From: Thermoanaerobaculia bacterium
GTDB taxonomy: Bacteria; Acidobacteriota; Thermoanaerobaculia; Multivoradales; UBA5704
Length of the DNA stretch: 64,000 nucleotides
Assembly: GCA_035544875.1 (NCBI GenBank)
Contig: DASZZP010000038.1
Coordinates: 192,185 to 256,184, forward strand
Direction: 5' to 3'
In this document: positions 17,560 through 27,900 of the stretch, in pieces
Position numbering within the stretch: position 1 is the first letter of the stretch
Layout of the letters: each line of letters begins with the position of its first letter
Notes under the pieces: model-generated
Told to the model about the DNA's origin: nothing
Database searches by the model: none
What the model saw: the letters and a program-made list of their open reading frames with translations, nothing else
Translations under genes and position numbers: made by a program

Positions 17560-19661
17560 CGGCTCCTACCCGGCAGGCGAGAGAGGGCGGCGCCCAGGGC
17601 GCGGCGCGCGGACCAGTAAGCATGGGCGCCCCGCCACCAGCGGGAGTCGTGGATGGCGGCGAGCTCCCGGCGGGCCTGCCGCAGCCGCTCTTCGGCGGCG
17701 GCCAGCTCGGCACCGGTCGCCGCGAGCTCCCGGCCGGCCTGCCGCAACCGCTCTTCGGCGGCGGCCAGCTCGGCCTCAGGTCCGACGCCGGCCCGCAACA
17801 GCGGCGCGAGGCCGCCGTTGAGCCAGTTGAGCAGCGCCCAGTCGGTGCCTTTGGCCGCGATCAGCTCGAGCAGCAGCCGCGCTGCGGCAACGTCCTGCCG
17901 TCCGCCGCTGGCCAGCTCCGGCGCGAAGGCGAAGACGGTGTCGAGGACGCGGCCATGCAGCTGATGGAAGCGGGCGGCCGCGGCGAGGAAAGGGAGCGCG
18001 TCGCCGACGCCCACCAGTCCGCAACCGAGGCGCCCCTTCTCCTGCTGCTGATGCAGCGCCAGCGCCTCGACCGAGCGGCGCAGCGAACCCGGCCGCCAGG
18101 CATCGAGCCGGTAGCACCACTCGTTGTCTTCGAAGTAGGCCATCTCCACTTCCAGCGGCAAGGTGGCGAACGCCGACCAGCGCGCCAGGAGCAGCGCCCC
18201 GCTCACCCACCGGCACGGGCCGGAGCTCCCCAGCCCGGGGTCGTCGAAGCGCAGGCCGCGGCCGAGCGGCGCGAGGGTGAGGACAGCGCCGTCCTCGCGG
18301 TAGTCGCCCCCGCAAAGCTGTACCCGCCCGTCGGGGAGGACGATGGTGCCGCCGCAGGCGATGGCGGCGGAGTCGCTGTCGAGGACCTGCGCGAGGTGCT
18401 CGAGCGTGCCGGGAAGGACCTCGATGTCGTTGTCGATGAACAATACGTACTCGGTCGTGGCCCGTTCGACGCCGAGCTGCCGGCCGCCGGCACAACCCAG
18501 GTTGCGGTCGAGCTCGACGAGCTCGGCGCCGTGAGCCCGGCAGGACCGGCGCACGGCATCCCTGGCCGCCGCGGGCGAGTTGTTGTCGATCACCAGCAGA
18601 TGACAGGGAAGGCGCGCGAAGCGGCGCAGCGCGGCCAGCGCGGCCTCCGTGTGCGAGGCTCGGTTCCACGACAACATCACCACCGTGACCCGGGGCTCGC
18701 CGCCGCCCGCGAGCAGGCTGGCCGGCAGCGGGGCGAGGTTCGCCTCGGCATGGGCGACCAGCTCGCGGCGCAGGGCGTCCAGCGATCCTTCTTCGAGTGC
18801 GGCGCCGGCCGCGGGCGCCGCCTCCCGCACCCCGGGTCGTCGCACCTCGCGTTCGGGCGGCGCGGCGGACACCTCGAAGTCGGCGAGCGCGAACTCGGCG
18901 ATGGCCGGCAGTTTGTGGTAGGCGGAGGCGCGATACTGCACGGCCTTCCCCAGCAGTGCCGCGGCGATCATCACGTGAGCGCGGTCGGTGCGCACCAGCG
19001 CGGCGCCCGCGATGCGCGCCAGCCACTCCGGCAGAGCCTCGCAGACGTCCGAGATATCCACGTTGTCAGGCGGCAGGGCGAAGCTCGAGCTCGACTCGCG
19101 GTCGGTGCGATAGGCGTGCAGCACTCCGTCGCCGGCCCGTGCGAAGGGGGTGAAATCGAAGAAGAACGCGCAGTCGTGTGCGAGGCGCGCGTCGCAGAGG
19201 CCGCGGATCTGGCGCCAGGACTCCCGCTCGCGTGCGAAGACCAGGGCGCGGCTGCGCGACAGCGCGTCGCGCACGGCCTCTTCGGCGGGCTCGAAGGAGG
19301 AAGGCAAGATCACGACGCGGGCGAAACGCATCTCGGCCAGCGCCAGCACGCGCGGCATGATTTCGTGGTAGACGCGGCACCAGGCGCCTCCGCCCGAGAT
19401 CACCGCCAGCTCGCCGCTTGCCCCGGCGACCTCCTCGAAGCCGATCTCCCGGTAGTCGAGGCCGGCGAGCAGCCGTCTGGTGCCGGCCTGGATCAGCTCG
19501 TCGCCGCGATTGCCGACGCCGCGGACATAGGTGAAGCCGGCGGCGCCGCCGATCGCCGCCAGCAGCTGGCGCCGGCTCCGCTCGAGGCGCCGCCGATGGC
19601 TGGACGGCGGCGCGAAGGGCTGCGGCTCGGCGGCGGCGGGTGACGCCTCGCCCCGGCTCAC
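17556..19661 (-). CDS. Fusion protein: polysaccharide pyruvyl transferase-like domain + GT2 glycosyltransferase + C-terminal coiled-coil repeats
   Basis: N-terminus ...YVRGVGNRGDELIQAG (PS_pyruv_trans-like). Middle: VTVVMLSWNRASHTEAAL...LLVIDNNS...DNDIEV (GT2 DxD). C-terminus: ELAAAEERLRQAGRELAA repeated, from a 63-nt tandem DNA repeat. Start assigned to the GTG at 19661 (RBS GGTGAGG), which is conserved with the decayed paralog's start. Confidence 0.65.
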   Translation of the reverse strand: MSRGEASPAAAEPQPFAPPSSHRRRLERSRRQLLAAIGGAAGFTYVRGVGNRGDELIQAGTRRLLAGLDYREIGFEEVAGASGELAVISGGGAWCRVYHEIMPRVLALAEMRFARVVILPSSFEPAEEAVRDALSRSRALVFARERESWRQIRGLCDARLAHDCAFFFDFTPFARAGDGVLHAYRTDRESSSSFALPPDNVDISDVCEALPEWLARIAGAALVRTDRAHVMIAAALLGKAVQYRASAYHKLPAIAEFALADFEVSAAPPEREVRRPGVREAAPAAGAALEEGSLDALRRELVAHAEANLAPLPASLLAGGGEPRVTVVMLSWNRASHTEAALAALRRFARLPCHLLVIDNNSPAAARDAVRRSCRAHGAELVELDRNLGCAGGRQLGVERATTEYVLFIDNDIEVLPGTLEHLAQVLDSDSAAIACGGTIVLPDGRVQLCGGDYREDGAVLTLAPLGRGLRFDDPGLGSSGPCRWVSGALLLARWSAFATLPLEVEMAYFEDNEWCYRLDAWRPGSLRRSVEALALHQQQEKGRLGCGLVGVGDALPFLAAAARFHQLHGRVLDTVFAFAPELASGGRQDVAAARLLLELIAAKGTDWALLNWLNGGLAPLLRAGVGPEAELAAAEERLRQAGRELAATGAELAAAEERLRQARRELAAIHDSRWWRGAHAYWSARRALGAALSRLPGRSR

Positions 19662-19916
19662 CCTCACCGCCTCAACCTCGCCCGGTCGGGAGACGCTGGC
19701 CGGGAGGACTGGGCAGATGCACGGATGGCGACGCGGACCGGGAGCACTTGACGAACTGGGTTTTCCAGGCTTGGCGGCGCAGTATAGCACGCGCTCGCGC
19801 GTACCATGGCTCGTTCATGGCTTGTCGCCTTCCGCATCTCGACACCAAGCCGAGGGGTAGCCGGAAGAGTCTTGCACCTTGGGCGAGGACGTGACGGCGG
19901 TGGCTCGACAGGGTTC

Positions 19917-20219
19917 CTAGCGGGCTTGTCGTGATCGGCGGCCGTAGCGACCGATGTCGTCATGCTTGATCACGTCTACGAAGAAGATTGCGCCCTGCTC
20001 CACACGAAACACAATGCGGTCGCCGCTGCTAATCCGCGCCTCGAGATAGTACTTGTCCGGCAGGATCGGCTTCACGTTGAGGCCGGGAGTATCAGTCCCT
20101 TTGATGAGCGCCATTGCAACCCGATCACAGGAAGCTTGCCGTTCCGCAGGGAGCCGCGCGTAACTGTTCCACCACTGTTCCGTCCAGGTGGCGGATGCAA
20201 CAGCCGGACGGAGAGCCAA
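19917..20219 (-). CDS. RelE/ParE-family type II toxin
   Basis: ...PDKYYLEARISSGDRIVFRVEQGAIFFVDVIKHDDI matches the RelE/ParE core (RxxxGDyRiiyri...i.il.i.hR). Lies directly downstream of the antitoxin. Confidence 0.6.
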   Translation of the reverse strand: MALRPAVASATWTEQWWNSYARLPAERQASCDRVAMALIKGTDTPGLNVKPILPDKYYLEARISSGDRIVFRVEQGAIFFVDVIKHDDIGRYGRRSRQAR

Positions 20220-20225
20220 ACCTGC

Positions 20226-20543
20226 CTACCGATGCCCGCGCCGGCCCTTGCCCTTGAAGCTATCGAGGATTGCCCGAGCTTCTTCGGCCGAATGCGTAAC
20301 CTTGGCCCGGCCCTCGGCAAGGTCTGCCTCGGCCTTGCGGATTCGGCGCTGCATCTCGGGATGGTGAAACCAGAGCTGGTCGCGCGGCACAAGCGCCGCC
20401 GGCACCAGTTCGTAGGTCCCCCGCTCCGTTCGCTCGAGAAGCACGAAGTCTCCAGGTTTGAGGCCAAGCGAAGCGCGCACCTCCTCGGGCAGGGTCGCGC
20501 GCCCCTTCCGGTCGACGCTCAAGTACGAAACTGCGCTCGCCAT
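20226..20543 (-). CDS. AbrB/MazE/SpoVT-family antitoxin
   Basis: MASAVSYLSVDRKGRATLPEEVRASLGLKPGDFVLLE (swapped-hairpin AbrB/MazE fold signature). Internal ATG at 20543. 7 nt upstream of the toxin. Confidence 0.65.
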   Translation of the reverse strand: MASAVSYLSVDRKGRATLPEEVRASLGLKPGDFVLLERTERGTYELVPAALVPRDQLWFHHPEMQRRIRKAEADLAEGRAKVTHSAEEARAILDSFKGKGRRGHR

Positions 20544-20749
20544 CGTCCCTTCATCCCACAGTGGGAAAGTACCACTCGGCTTCTCACTTCGCAAGAGGTC
20601 GCTGTCTCTTGTCCGATCGTCTCCTCGTTCGGCAAAATGGCAACACAGCCCAGGGGTGTGGGGATCTCTTGCCATGTCACCTTGAGAGGACGGAAATCCC
20701 GCCCCGGCTACCCGGGGGAACCGCAAGTCTTGGGCGAAAGGGCGCTGCT

Positions 20750-21517
20750 CTACCATGAGCTGAGGACGACCACCTCGAGGTCGCGGCGGGGAGCGATCTC
20801 CGCCAGCACCTGCCGGCGGCGCGGCGTCACGTGGTCGCTGAGCGGGTGCATCGGCGAGGTGGTGGTCACCAGCACCGCCGGCAGTCCCAGCTCGGCGAGC
20901 AGCGCGGCCTGGAGCAGGCTGTCCTTGCCACCGCTGAAGGCCGCCGCACAGCGCCCCGCCTCGGCCAGCGGCGCCGGCCCGAGCAGCGGCGGCCCGTCGT
21001 CCAGCAGCTCGATCGAGCTCGCGCCGCCGGGGCCGCGCCCGGAGGCGCCGGCCGGCGCCTCCGCTAGGCCGCCACCGGGCTCACTCGCGGCGCCGCCCGC
21101 GGGCCGCTCCGCGCCGCCGCCTCGACGGTAGGCCCCGAGCGTCGTCAGCTCGCGCGCCAGCAGCCGGAGCCAAAACTCGCGGTGCCCGGGCTCGAGACCG
21201 ACCGGCAGCCGCACGGAGCAGGGGCGCAGGAGCGTCCAGTGCGAGTGCAGGCAGAGCAGCGCCACGGTCCACCAGAAGCCTTCAGGCAACCGGCGGCCGT
21301 CGAGGCCGGCAGGCAAACGCAAGCCGAAGGAGTGCGCGCTGTAGAGCGGTGTCGCAGGCTCGATCTGCCAGCGAAACCAGGCGCCCGCGCAGCTCACCTC
21401 CGGCGGATGGAGAACGATCCGGTGCATGGTCGGCGTCACCCGGGCGGCCGTCGCGCGCGGCCGCCCAGCCGCGCGGCGGCACGGCGCGAGCGCCAGTAGA
21501 GGTCGGCGACCCGCCAC
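20750..21517 (-). pseudogene. Truncated paralog of the PP-loop gene (N-terminal 250 aa only, ends in a premature stop)
   Basis: Protein aligns along its length to residues 1-260 of the 16030..17559 product (FRWRVEPxT..., WWTVALLCLHSHW, AAAFSGGKDSLLQAALL, LVTTTSPM) and then stops at LSSW*. Confidence 0.6.
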
Positions 21518-22511
21518 TACAGCGAGCCGTGGTCGGCGGCCAGCTCCCGCCGCAGGGCCGCCAACTCGGCCTGCGCCGCCGCCCGCTCTTGCTGCGTCGC
21601 GGCGAGCTCGCCCTGCGCCGTCGCCAGCTCACCTCGAGCCGGGCCGAGCGCCCCGCGCGCCTCGTGGAGCTCGGCCAGCAGCCCGCTCCGAAACAGCGGC
21701 GCCAGGCCGCCGCGCGTCCACTCCGTCGCCAGCCACGCTGGGCCGCGGGCGGCGAGCAGCTTGAGCAGTAGCCGCGCCCCGGCCGCGTCGCGGCCGCCAC
21801 CCGCCGAGAGCTCGGGAGCGAACACGAAGACCCCTTCGAGCACGCGCCCGTGCACGCGGTAGAAGTGGGGCAATCGCCTACAGGTAGGGAGCGATCGGCT
21901 GACCTCGGCCGCAACCTCAGGGGGCCCTTTGACGTCCAGCCCCCGTCCCAGGGGCTCGAAATGCAGCACCCCGTCGGGCTGCTCCCAGAAATCGCCGCCG
22001 CAGACAGTGCTGCGGCCGATCGCGCGTCAGCACGACTAAGGTCAAACGCGGTTCGCCGCCGCCCGACAGCAGTTCTGGCCTCAACAGCTCCAGGTTGCGC
22101 CGCGCGCGGGCGAGCAGCCGTTCGCGCGGCGGCGTCGGTGCCGGGGGAAGCGGCGGAGACGGCGCCGGCGGCACCGCCATCCCCGCCGGCAGCGGCCGGG
22201 CGAGCCGCCGGACGTCAAAACCGCCCAAGACGTACTCGGCGATCGCCGGCAGCTTGTGATAGGACGAGATGCGGTATGCCACCGTAGCCCACAGCCACTC
22301 GTCGAGAGAGCAGCAGCGGACGGAGAGGTCGATGCCGCCGGCGGGCGCCGGCGTAGATCAGCTCGTCGCCCAGATTGCCGGCGCCGCGCACGAATGTCAG
22401 GTCCGAAGGGTCGCCGATCGCTGCCAGTAGCCGCCGCCGGTTGTCCTCGATGCTGCCGGCGGGGGCCCTCGACCCCGGCTCCGGCGCCGCGGCCGGGTGC
22501 TCCGCGCTCAC
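21517..22511 (-). pseudogene. Decayed paralog of the pyruvyl-transferase::GT2 fusion gene (three out-of-frame fragments with internal deletions)
   Basis: ORF fragments 22215..22511, 21917..22282 and 21517..21969 align respectively to the N-terminus (RRRLLAAIG...FVRGAGNLGDELI), the middle (YHKLPAIAEYxLxxFxV...LSGGGEPRxTxVxL) and the C-terminus (HGRVLxxVFxFAPEL...coiled-coil) of the 17556..19661 product. Most of the catalytic domains are missing. Confidence 0.6.
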
Positions 22512-23011
22512 CGCCCGAGCTCCGGTGGCGGACGTCGCGCCGAGGTCGCGGAAGGGTGCGCGGACGGGCAGTCGGCCCGCCCCGCCGGGGGCGGCGCGAA
22601 CCCTTTGCCGCCGCTCCGCGATCAGCCGGGAGGCGCGACGGGCACACGGCAGTGAGCTGCATGATAGGGAAGTTACTATAGCACGCTCCCCCGTGCCTCC
22701 TCCGGGTAGCGAAATGCACGCCCAGAGGTAGATTTCGCTTGAAAGATGTCGCGGGCGGGGCTCTCAAGCGAGGCTCTCGCCCCGGCCAGCCTCCCGGCCC
22801 GCCCCCCGGACAGCAGCCGGAGCCCCCACGGGACGCGCACAAGGAGCAAGGGCGTGCTATAATCAGTAGCAAGGTAATCGCGAAGAGGTCGAAGTAGGGC
22901 ATTGGGGTCTGATCGGCCTGCTCGGAGGAATCGTTGAACTACGTCGGTTTCTCTTGCCCCGCAGAATGACCAAGAAATGGGCTATCAGACACACTCGAAG
23001 GAGAACTTATC

Positions 23012-23485
23012 GTGGGAATCTTGATACTCATCCTCATGGTGCTTCTGCCTCTGATCCCGGCCTTCCTTCTGTTCAAGTACCTGCCGCAGCCTAGGGCAAG
23101 CGTTGATGGAAAGGTTCCCGGCTTCACTATTAAGCTTGGCGGGGCAATCGCCGGGTATGCTGCTCTTCTCTTAATTGTGCTCTTTAACAATTCCAGGTTT
23201 ACAATACCACCAAACCCAAGCGCCTTCCAGAAATGGACGGTTGAAGGTACTGTCTCGTTCGATGACCAGCGGGGCACACTACTGTACGACAGTATTTATT
23301 TCTTACCGCCAACCCTAGTCATCAAGGAGAATCACTTTCTCTTCACGCTGTACGCACCCGCTCAGACGCATCTGCCGAAGCTATATATTGGTGTGGACGG
23401 CTACAAATCTAATGAACGGTCCTTGACTCTGGATGCTCGCGAGCGAGTCAGCAAGCTTATGGCGGTAGAGAGCAAAGGTCCATGA
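23012..23485 (+). CDS. Hypothetical membrane-anchored protein in a low-GC islet
   Basis: GTG start with AAGGAG RBS 8 nt upstream. N-terminal TM (ILILILMVLLPLIPAFLLF). Local GC is clearly below that of the flanks. Confidence 0.45.
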   Translation: MGILILILMVLLPLIPAFLLFKYLPQPRASVDGKVPGFTIKLGGAIAGYAALLLIVLFNNSRFTIPPNPSAFQKWTVEGTVSFDDQRGTLLYDSIYFLPPTLVIKENHFLFTLYAPAQTHLPKLYIGVDGYKSNERSLTLDARERVSKLMAVESKGP

Positions 23486-23908
23486 TTTGTGCGGAAATGT
23501 TGACTTGTGCGGAACTACGTAAGAAAGATAGGTGAGCGCGTTCGTGGTGTCCGTGTTGCTGCCATTGCGGACGCCCGACACGGTGTCGGCACCGAGGGTT
23601 GAGGTAAATGTACTGGGAGCATGGCCGCTGTCGGTAAACTGCGTCCGGTAAGTGAAGTGCTTGCCTTCCGTGGACACTTCCTGATGGTCAAAGGTCGTAG
23701 CCGCGAGACCCGCAGGGTTGGTAAAGGCAGTTGTGGCGTCGTCAGCAAGTCCGAGAAAGGCGCCGCCCATCGCTAGGCTCCTTGCACCGGGCGTTGAGAA
23801 GTTGAACTGGATACCGGTGCTGATCTCGTCATTGCTCTGAGCCAAGGAGTCGGCGGGTAGCAGGAGAAGAAGGGGCAAGAGCCGGAGAATCATGATCGAA
23901 CGGTACAT
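23381..23908 (-). CDS. FadL/OmpP1-like outer-membrane protein N-terminal fragment (probable remnant)
   Basis: Signal peptide MYRSIMILRLLPLLLLLPADSLAQ, then ...ARSLAMGGAFLGLADDATTAFTNPAGLA (FadL-family N-terminal signature). Only 176 aa against about 430 expected. The 3' end overlaps the opposite-strand ORF by about 105 nt. Confidence 0.35.
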   Translation of the reverse strand: MYRSIMILRLLPLLLLLPADSLAQSNDEISTGIQFNFSTPGARSLAMGGAFLGLADDATTAFTNPAGLAATTFDHQEVSTEGKHFTYRTQFTDSGHAPSTFTSTLGADTVSGVRNGSNTDTTNALTYLSYVVPHKSTFPHKSWTFALYRHKLADSLASIQSQGPFIRFVAVHTNI

Positions 23909-24274
23909 ATGCGGGTTCCTCTCTCTTGGATATAGCACAATCTCGATCGAAGTGAAGAAATCATAGCATAGCTGGGAGCAAGAAGGCAAGGTTAGCCGTT
24001 TCTGGTTGTCGAGTGGCCGGCCGCCGCCGGGGTTGCTCGTTGCGCGTCCGACGGCCAGGAAAACCGCCGCCCCTATGCTCGCCTCACCGGTGGCGCTGGC
24101 GTGCCTCGGCACGTCCGAGGGGATGAAGCCCACCGAGGCGCTTGCCATGGTCGCCGGCTACGGCGAGGGTTATCCGCACAAGTGGCCGCCGCCGCGAGGG
24201 CTCGCGGTGTCAGGGCGAGGCGCTATTCGATCGAAAGGCGGCTCCGGCCCGCCCGAACCGGCGGTCGGTCAGGG

Positions 24275-24850
24275 CTACGGCCGGGCGGCCGCCGACGGCG
24301 ACGACGTTGCGGATGCTGCGGGGCGCGCGGCCCGGGAGGCCGGCGGCGCCGGATTGGGCTTGTAGAGGGTGACCAGGCAGCCGCCGAGCGCGGCCAGCAC
24401 GATGCCGGCGAAGAAGGGCCAGCGGATGCCGCGCCAGCCGCCGGCCGGCGGCTGCAGGAGCAGCGCGACCACCGCGTTGACGATCGGCGCGCCGGCGAAG
24501 ACGATCGACATCACCACCGGCGGCGTGCCGCGGGCGCCGAAGGCGAGGAGGACGCCGAATGCTCCCACCGCCCCGGCCACGCCGGCGGCGAGCGACCAGA
24601 GCATGCCGGTGCCCGGAAAGCTCCAGGAGGTCCCGCCGCGCGCCGCCAGCCAGCCGAGCGGGGCCAGCACGGCGGTGAAGAAGTAAGCCACGCCGACGAA
24701 CAGGAAGGCCTTGTAGCGGCCGTTCACCGGGTCGGCCATGCCGACCTGCCCGCTGTGCAAGAGGATGCCGTAGAGCCCCCACGCGACCACCGACGACAGC
24801 GCGAACAGCAACCACGCGAGACCCGCCCCTGCACCTTCTCCGCTGGTCAT
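24275..24850 (-). CDS. Small 4-TM membrane protein, last gene of the large cluster
   Basis: AAGAGGA RBS, ATG 24850. Four hydrophobic helices. Lies 60 nt after the permease stop. Confidence 0.55.
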   Translation of the reverse strand: MTSGEGAGAGLAWLLFALSSVVAWGLYGILLHSGQVGMADPVNGRYKAFLFVGVAYFFTAVLAPLGWLAARGGTSWSFPGTGMLWSLAAGVAGAVGAFGVLLAFGARGTPPVVMSIVFAGAPIVNAVVALLLQPPAGGWRGIRWPFFAGIVLAALGGCLVTLYKPNPAPPASRAARPAASATSSPSAAARP

Positions 24851-24910
24851 GGCCTTTGTCCTCTTAGATCTGATTATCTGATTGATTCCCCGGCCTGGCC
24901 CCTGCCCGCC

Positions 24911-27900
24911 TCAACGCTCTGCCTTGAGCGCCGGCACCAGCGGCACCCGGAGCGCGCTGGCCGCGGCGACGGCGCTCGCCAGCATGCCGGCCAGCAGCAC
25001 GGCGGCCAGGGTCGCGGTCAGGGAGCGCCATGGCAATCCCCCGGCCAGTCCCGCGCCGAGCGCCTCCGGCAGCAGTCCGGCGGCGGTTCCCAGCGCCACC
25101 CCGAGTGCGAGCAGGGCCGCGTTCTCGAGCAGCAGCAGGCCGGCCAGCTGGTGCCTGCGGAAACCGAAGGCGCGAAGCGCCGCGAGCTCCCAGCGCCGCT
25201 CGACCACGTTGCGCAGCAGCACCACCGCGAGACCGCAGGTGCCGAGCAGCAGGCCGAGGCTGCCCAGGGCCTGGAAGCTCGCGAGGTAGGTCTCCTCCAC
25301 CTTGGCGTAGAGGCGCAGCCGCTCGGCAACCGGCACCACCTCGAATCCGAAGTCGCGCAGCTGGTCGCCGAGCAGGCCGGCGACGGCGTTTTCCCGCCCG
25401 CGAGCCGTGCGCACCAGGAAAAAGCTGCGCCCGCCATGGCGCGGGAAGTGGCGCGCCAGCTCTTTCTCCGGGATCAGCAGCGCGTCCTGCAAGGGGCTGC
25501 CGGCGAGCAGGCCGACGATGCGCAGCCGCACCGGCTCGCCGCGCTCGCCGGCCAGGCTCAGCTCGTCGCCGACCCCGAGATGGAGGATCCAGCGCACCGA
25601 CTGCTCGTCGCCGAGCGCCGGTACCACCTCGGACCCCGCTCCGCCAGCGCGCGCCGCGGAGCGCGCCTTGGCGAAGAGGTCCGCCAGGCTCCCCTCCCCC
25701 GCGGCCATCGCGAAGGTTCGGCGCGCCAGGAGAGGCGGCACGCCCAGCAGCCGCGGCCGCCGCGGCTGGTAGAGGTTGAGACAGCTCGCGTCGTCGCCCG
25801 GCACCGCCGGCAGGCCGACGATCTCGCCGCCGGCGAGCAGCCGCTCGGCCGGCTCGGGAAAGCCGAGCGCGCGGCGCCCGTCGCTCCGGCCGAGGTCGTG
25901 GTAGAGAGGGGTCGCGGACTCGGCGAGCAGTGTGAATCCTCCCCACTCCCGCCCCTCCCCCGCCGCGCCAGCGCGGCGGTTGGCCGCCACCAGCACCAGC
26001 ACGAAGCAGGCGCAGGCCACCAGGGCGACCGCGAGCACGCTGCGGCCCGGGTTGGCGGCGGTGTTGCGGACCCCCAGGATCATCAGGCCGCCGCCGGGCG
26101 ACTCCCGCTCGCCGACCGCCAGGCACCAGAGCGCGAAGGCGCTGACGCCGGCCGCGAGCAGACTGGCGCCGCTGCCGAAGGCGAGGGCCGGCGCGCCGCC
26201 CCCAGCGGCACGGAGAGCCACGGCCAGCACGACGCCGGCGGCGCCCGCGGCGAGGCCAACCGCCCGCCACCAGGGCCGGCGGCGCTCGCCGCGCCCCGCC
26301 GTCACGGCGCCGGCCAGCAGTTGCGCCACCGGCAGCCGGCCCATCCGGCGCACGCCGGCGGCGAGGAAGACGAGCACCGTGACGACGCTCCCCAGCCAGC
26401 CCCAGACGAAGGTCGAGGGGCTGGCCGCAAACGCGAGCCGCGGCGCGCCCGCCCCCGCTTGCAAACCGCCGAGCAGCGGCAAGGCGAAGGCGCCCGCGCC
26501 TGGGAGACCGAGCAGCGCGCCGGCGCCGGCTAGCACCAGCCCTTCGCCCAGGAAGCGGCGCCGCACCGCGCCGGCCGGGTAGCCCAGGGCCAGCAGCAGG
26601 CCGACCTCGCGCGCCCGGCGCTCGAGCCCGAGAGTGAAGAGCAGACCGGTCACCAGCGCCGCGGAGACGATCAGGAACGAGCTGAAGCTGACGAACAGCG
26701 AGCTGAAGTCGGTGCCCTCGGCGGCCGACCGCAGCCCCTCGGCGCGCACCGGGCGCAGGGCGAGGCCGAACGCCGCGGGCCGCAGGCGCGCCAGGAGGAG
26801 CGGCTCGAAACGCGCGGCGAAGGCGGCGGCGCTTTCACCCGCCGGGCAGCTGAGGCGCAGCGAGGTGAGGTCGCCGAAGCGGGTGTGCCAAAGCCGGCGG
26901 CCGGCGGCGAGGCTCACGAAGGCCTTGGGAGTGGGCCCGAAGCGCTGCCAGTATGCCTCGTCGCGCGGCCGCACCCGGTGGAGATCGACCGGAAAGGGCG
27001 GCGACCACGAGGCCATGTCGCGCGCCTGGTCGATGCCGGGGAAGGCAGGGGTCAGGCCGCGGTCCGCCGCCAGTCCGGCGAGAGCCACCACGCCGCGCAC
27101 CCTGAAGCTGGCGCTGGCGGTGGCGAGCGGCGCTCCGGCGCTGCCGCTGTCGGGCAGGAAGTAGCTCATCGCGACCCTGTCGCCGGGCCGCGCCGCGAGA
27201 TCCTCCGCCGCCCAGCTGTCGAGCAGGATGTCGTCGCCCTCGGGCAGCGCCGCCGGCTCACCGCTCGCCAGGAGCAGCTCGCCGGCGCCCAGGTCGGCTT
27301 TCGACCGAGGTACGTCAGGGGTGGTTTTCACAGCCTTCAAGCCGGTGGGAGGAGTCCCGGCCCCCCCGGCGAGCCAGCGCCTGGCAGGCCGCCTTCCGAC
27401 CGAGGTCCCAGAACGGCGGCGATCCTCTTCGCTCCATTCAAGCCGGTGGGAGGAGTCCCGGCCTCCCTGGCGAGTCAGCGCCTGGCGGGTCGCCTTCCGA
27501 CCGAGGTCCGCGAGCCGCCACTCCAAACCCCCATAGCGTCTTGCCTCACCCGCCCCACCAGCGAGCGGACCTCGGTCGGAAGGCGACCCGCGAGGCGCCC
27601 CCCGGCCATTCGCGAGCCCGGGACGGAGGGGTCCCACTGCGCTCACCATCGAGTAGGGAACGGCGCGCCCGTGGGCGGCGAGCTCGATCGCCAGGTAGGT
27701 CAGGACCGGCTGCGCCGCCGAGCCCAGCTCGACGGCGGCCGCCGCGGCGCCCTCCGCCACCGCCGGCGGCAGGAAGAACTCGCCGCTCTCGAGCGCGAGG
27801 CAGGCGGCGCCGCCGGCCGCGCCGAGCGGGCGCAGGGCAAGGCCGATGTCGTCGAGCCGCAGGCCAGCGGCAAGCGCCTTCTCCGCCCCCTGCGCCCTCA

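Noticed and set aside
12021-19790. Numerous 200-830-aa plus-strand ORFs opposite the minus-strand glycan genes (for example 11997..13835, 14303..16219, 16051..17619, 17622..19643)
   Set aside because: Stop-codon-poor antisense frames expected at 70% GC. The products are low-complexity Arg/Gly/Ala/Pro-rich, and every minus-strand gene has recognisable catalytic motifs.
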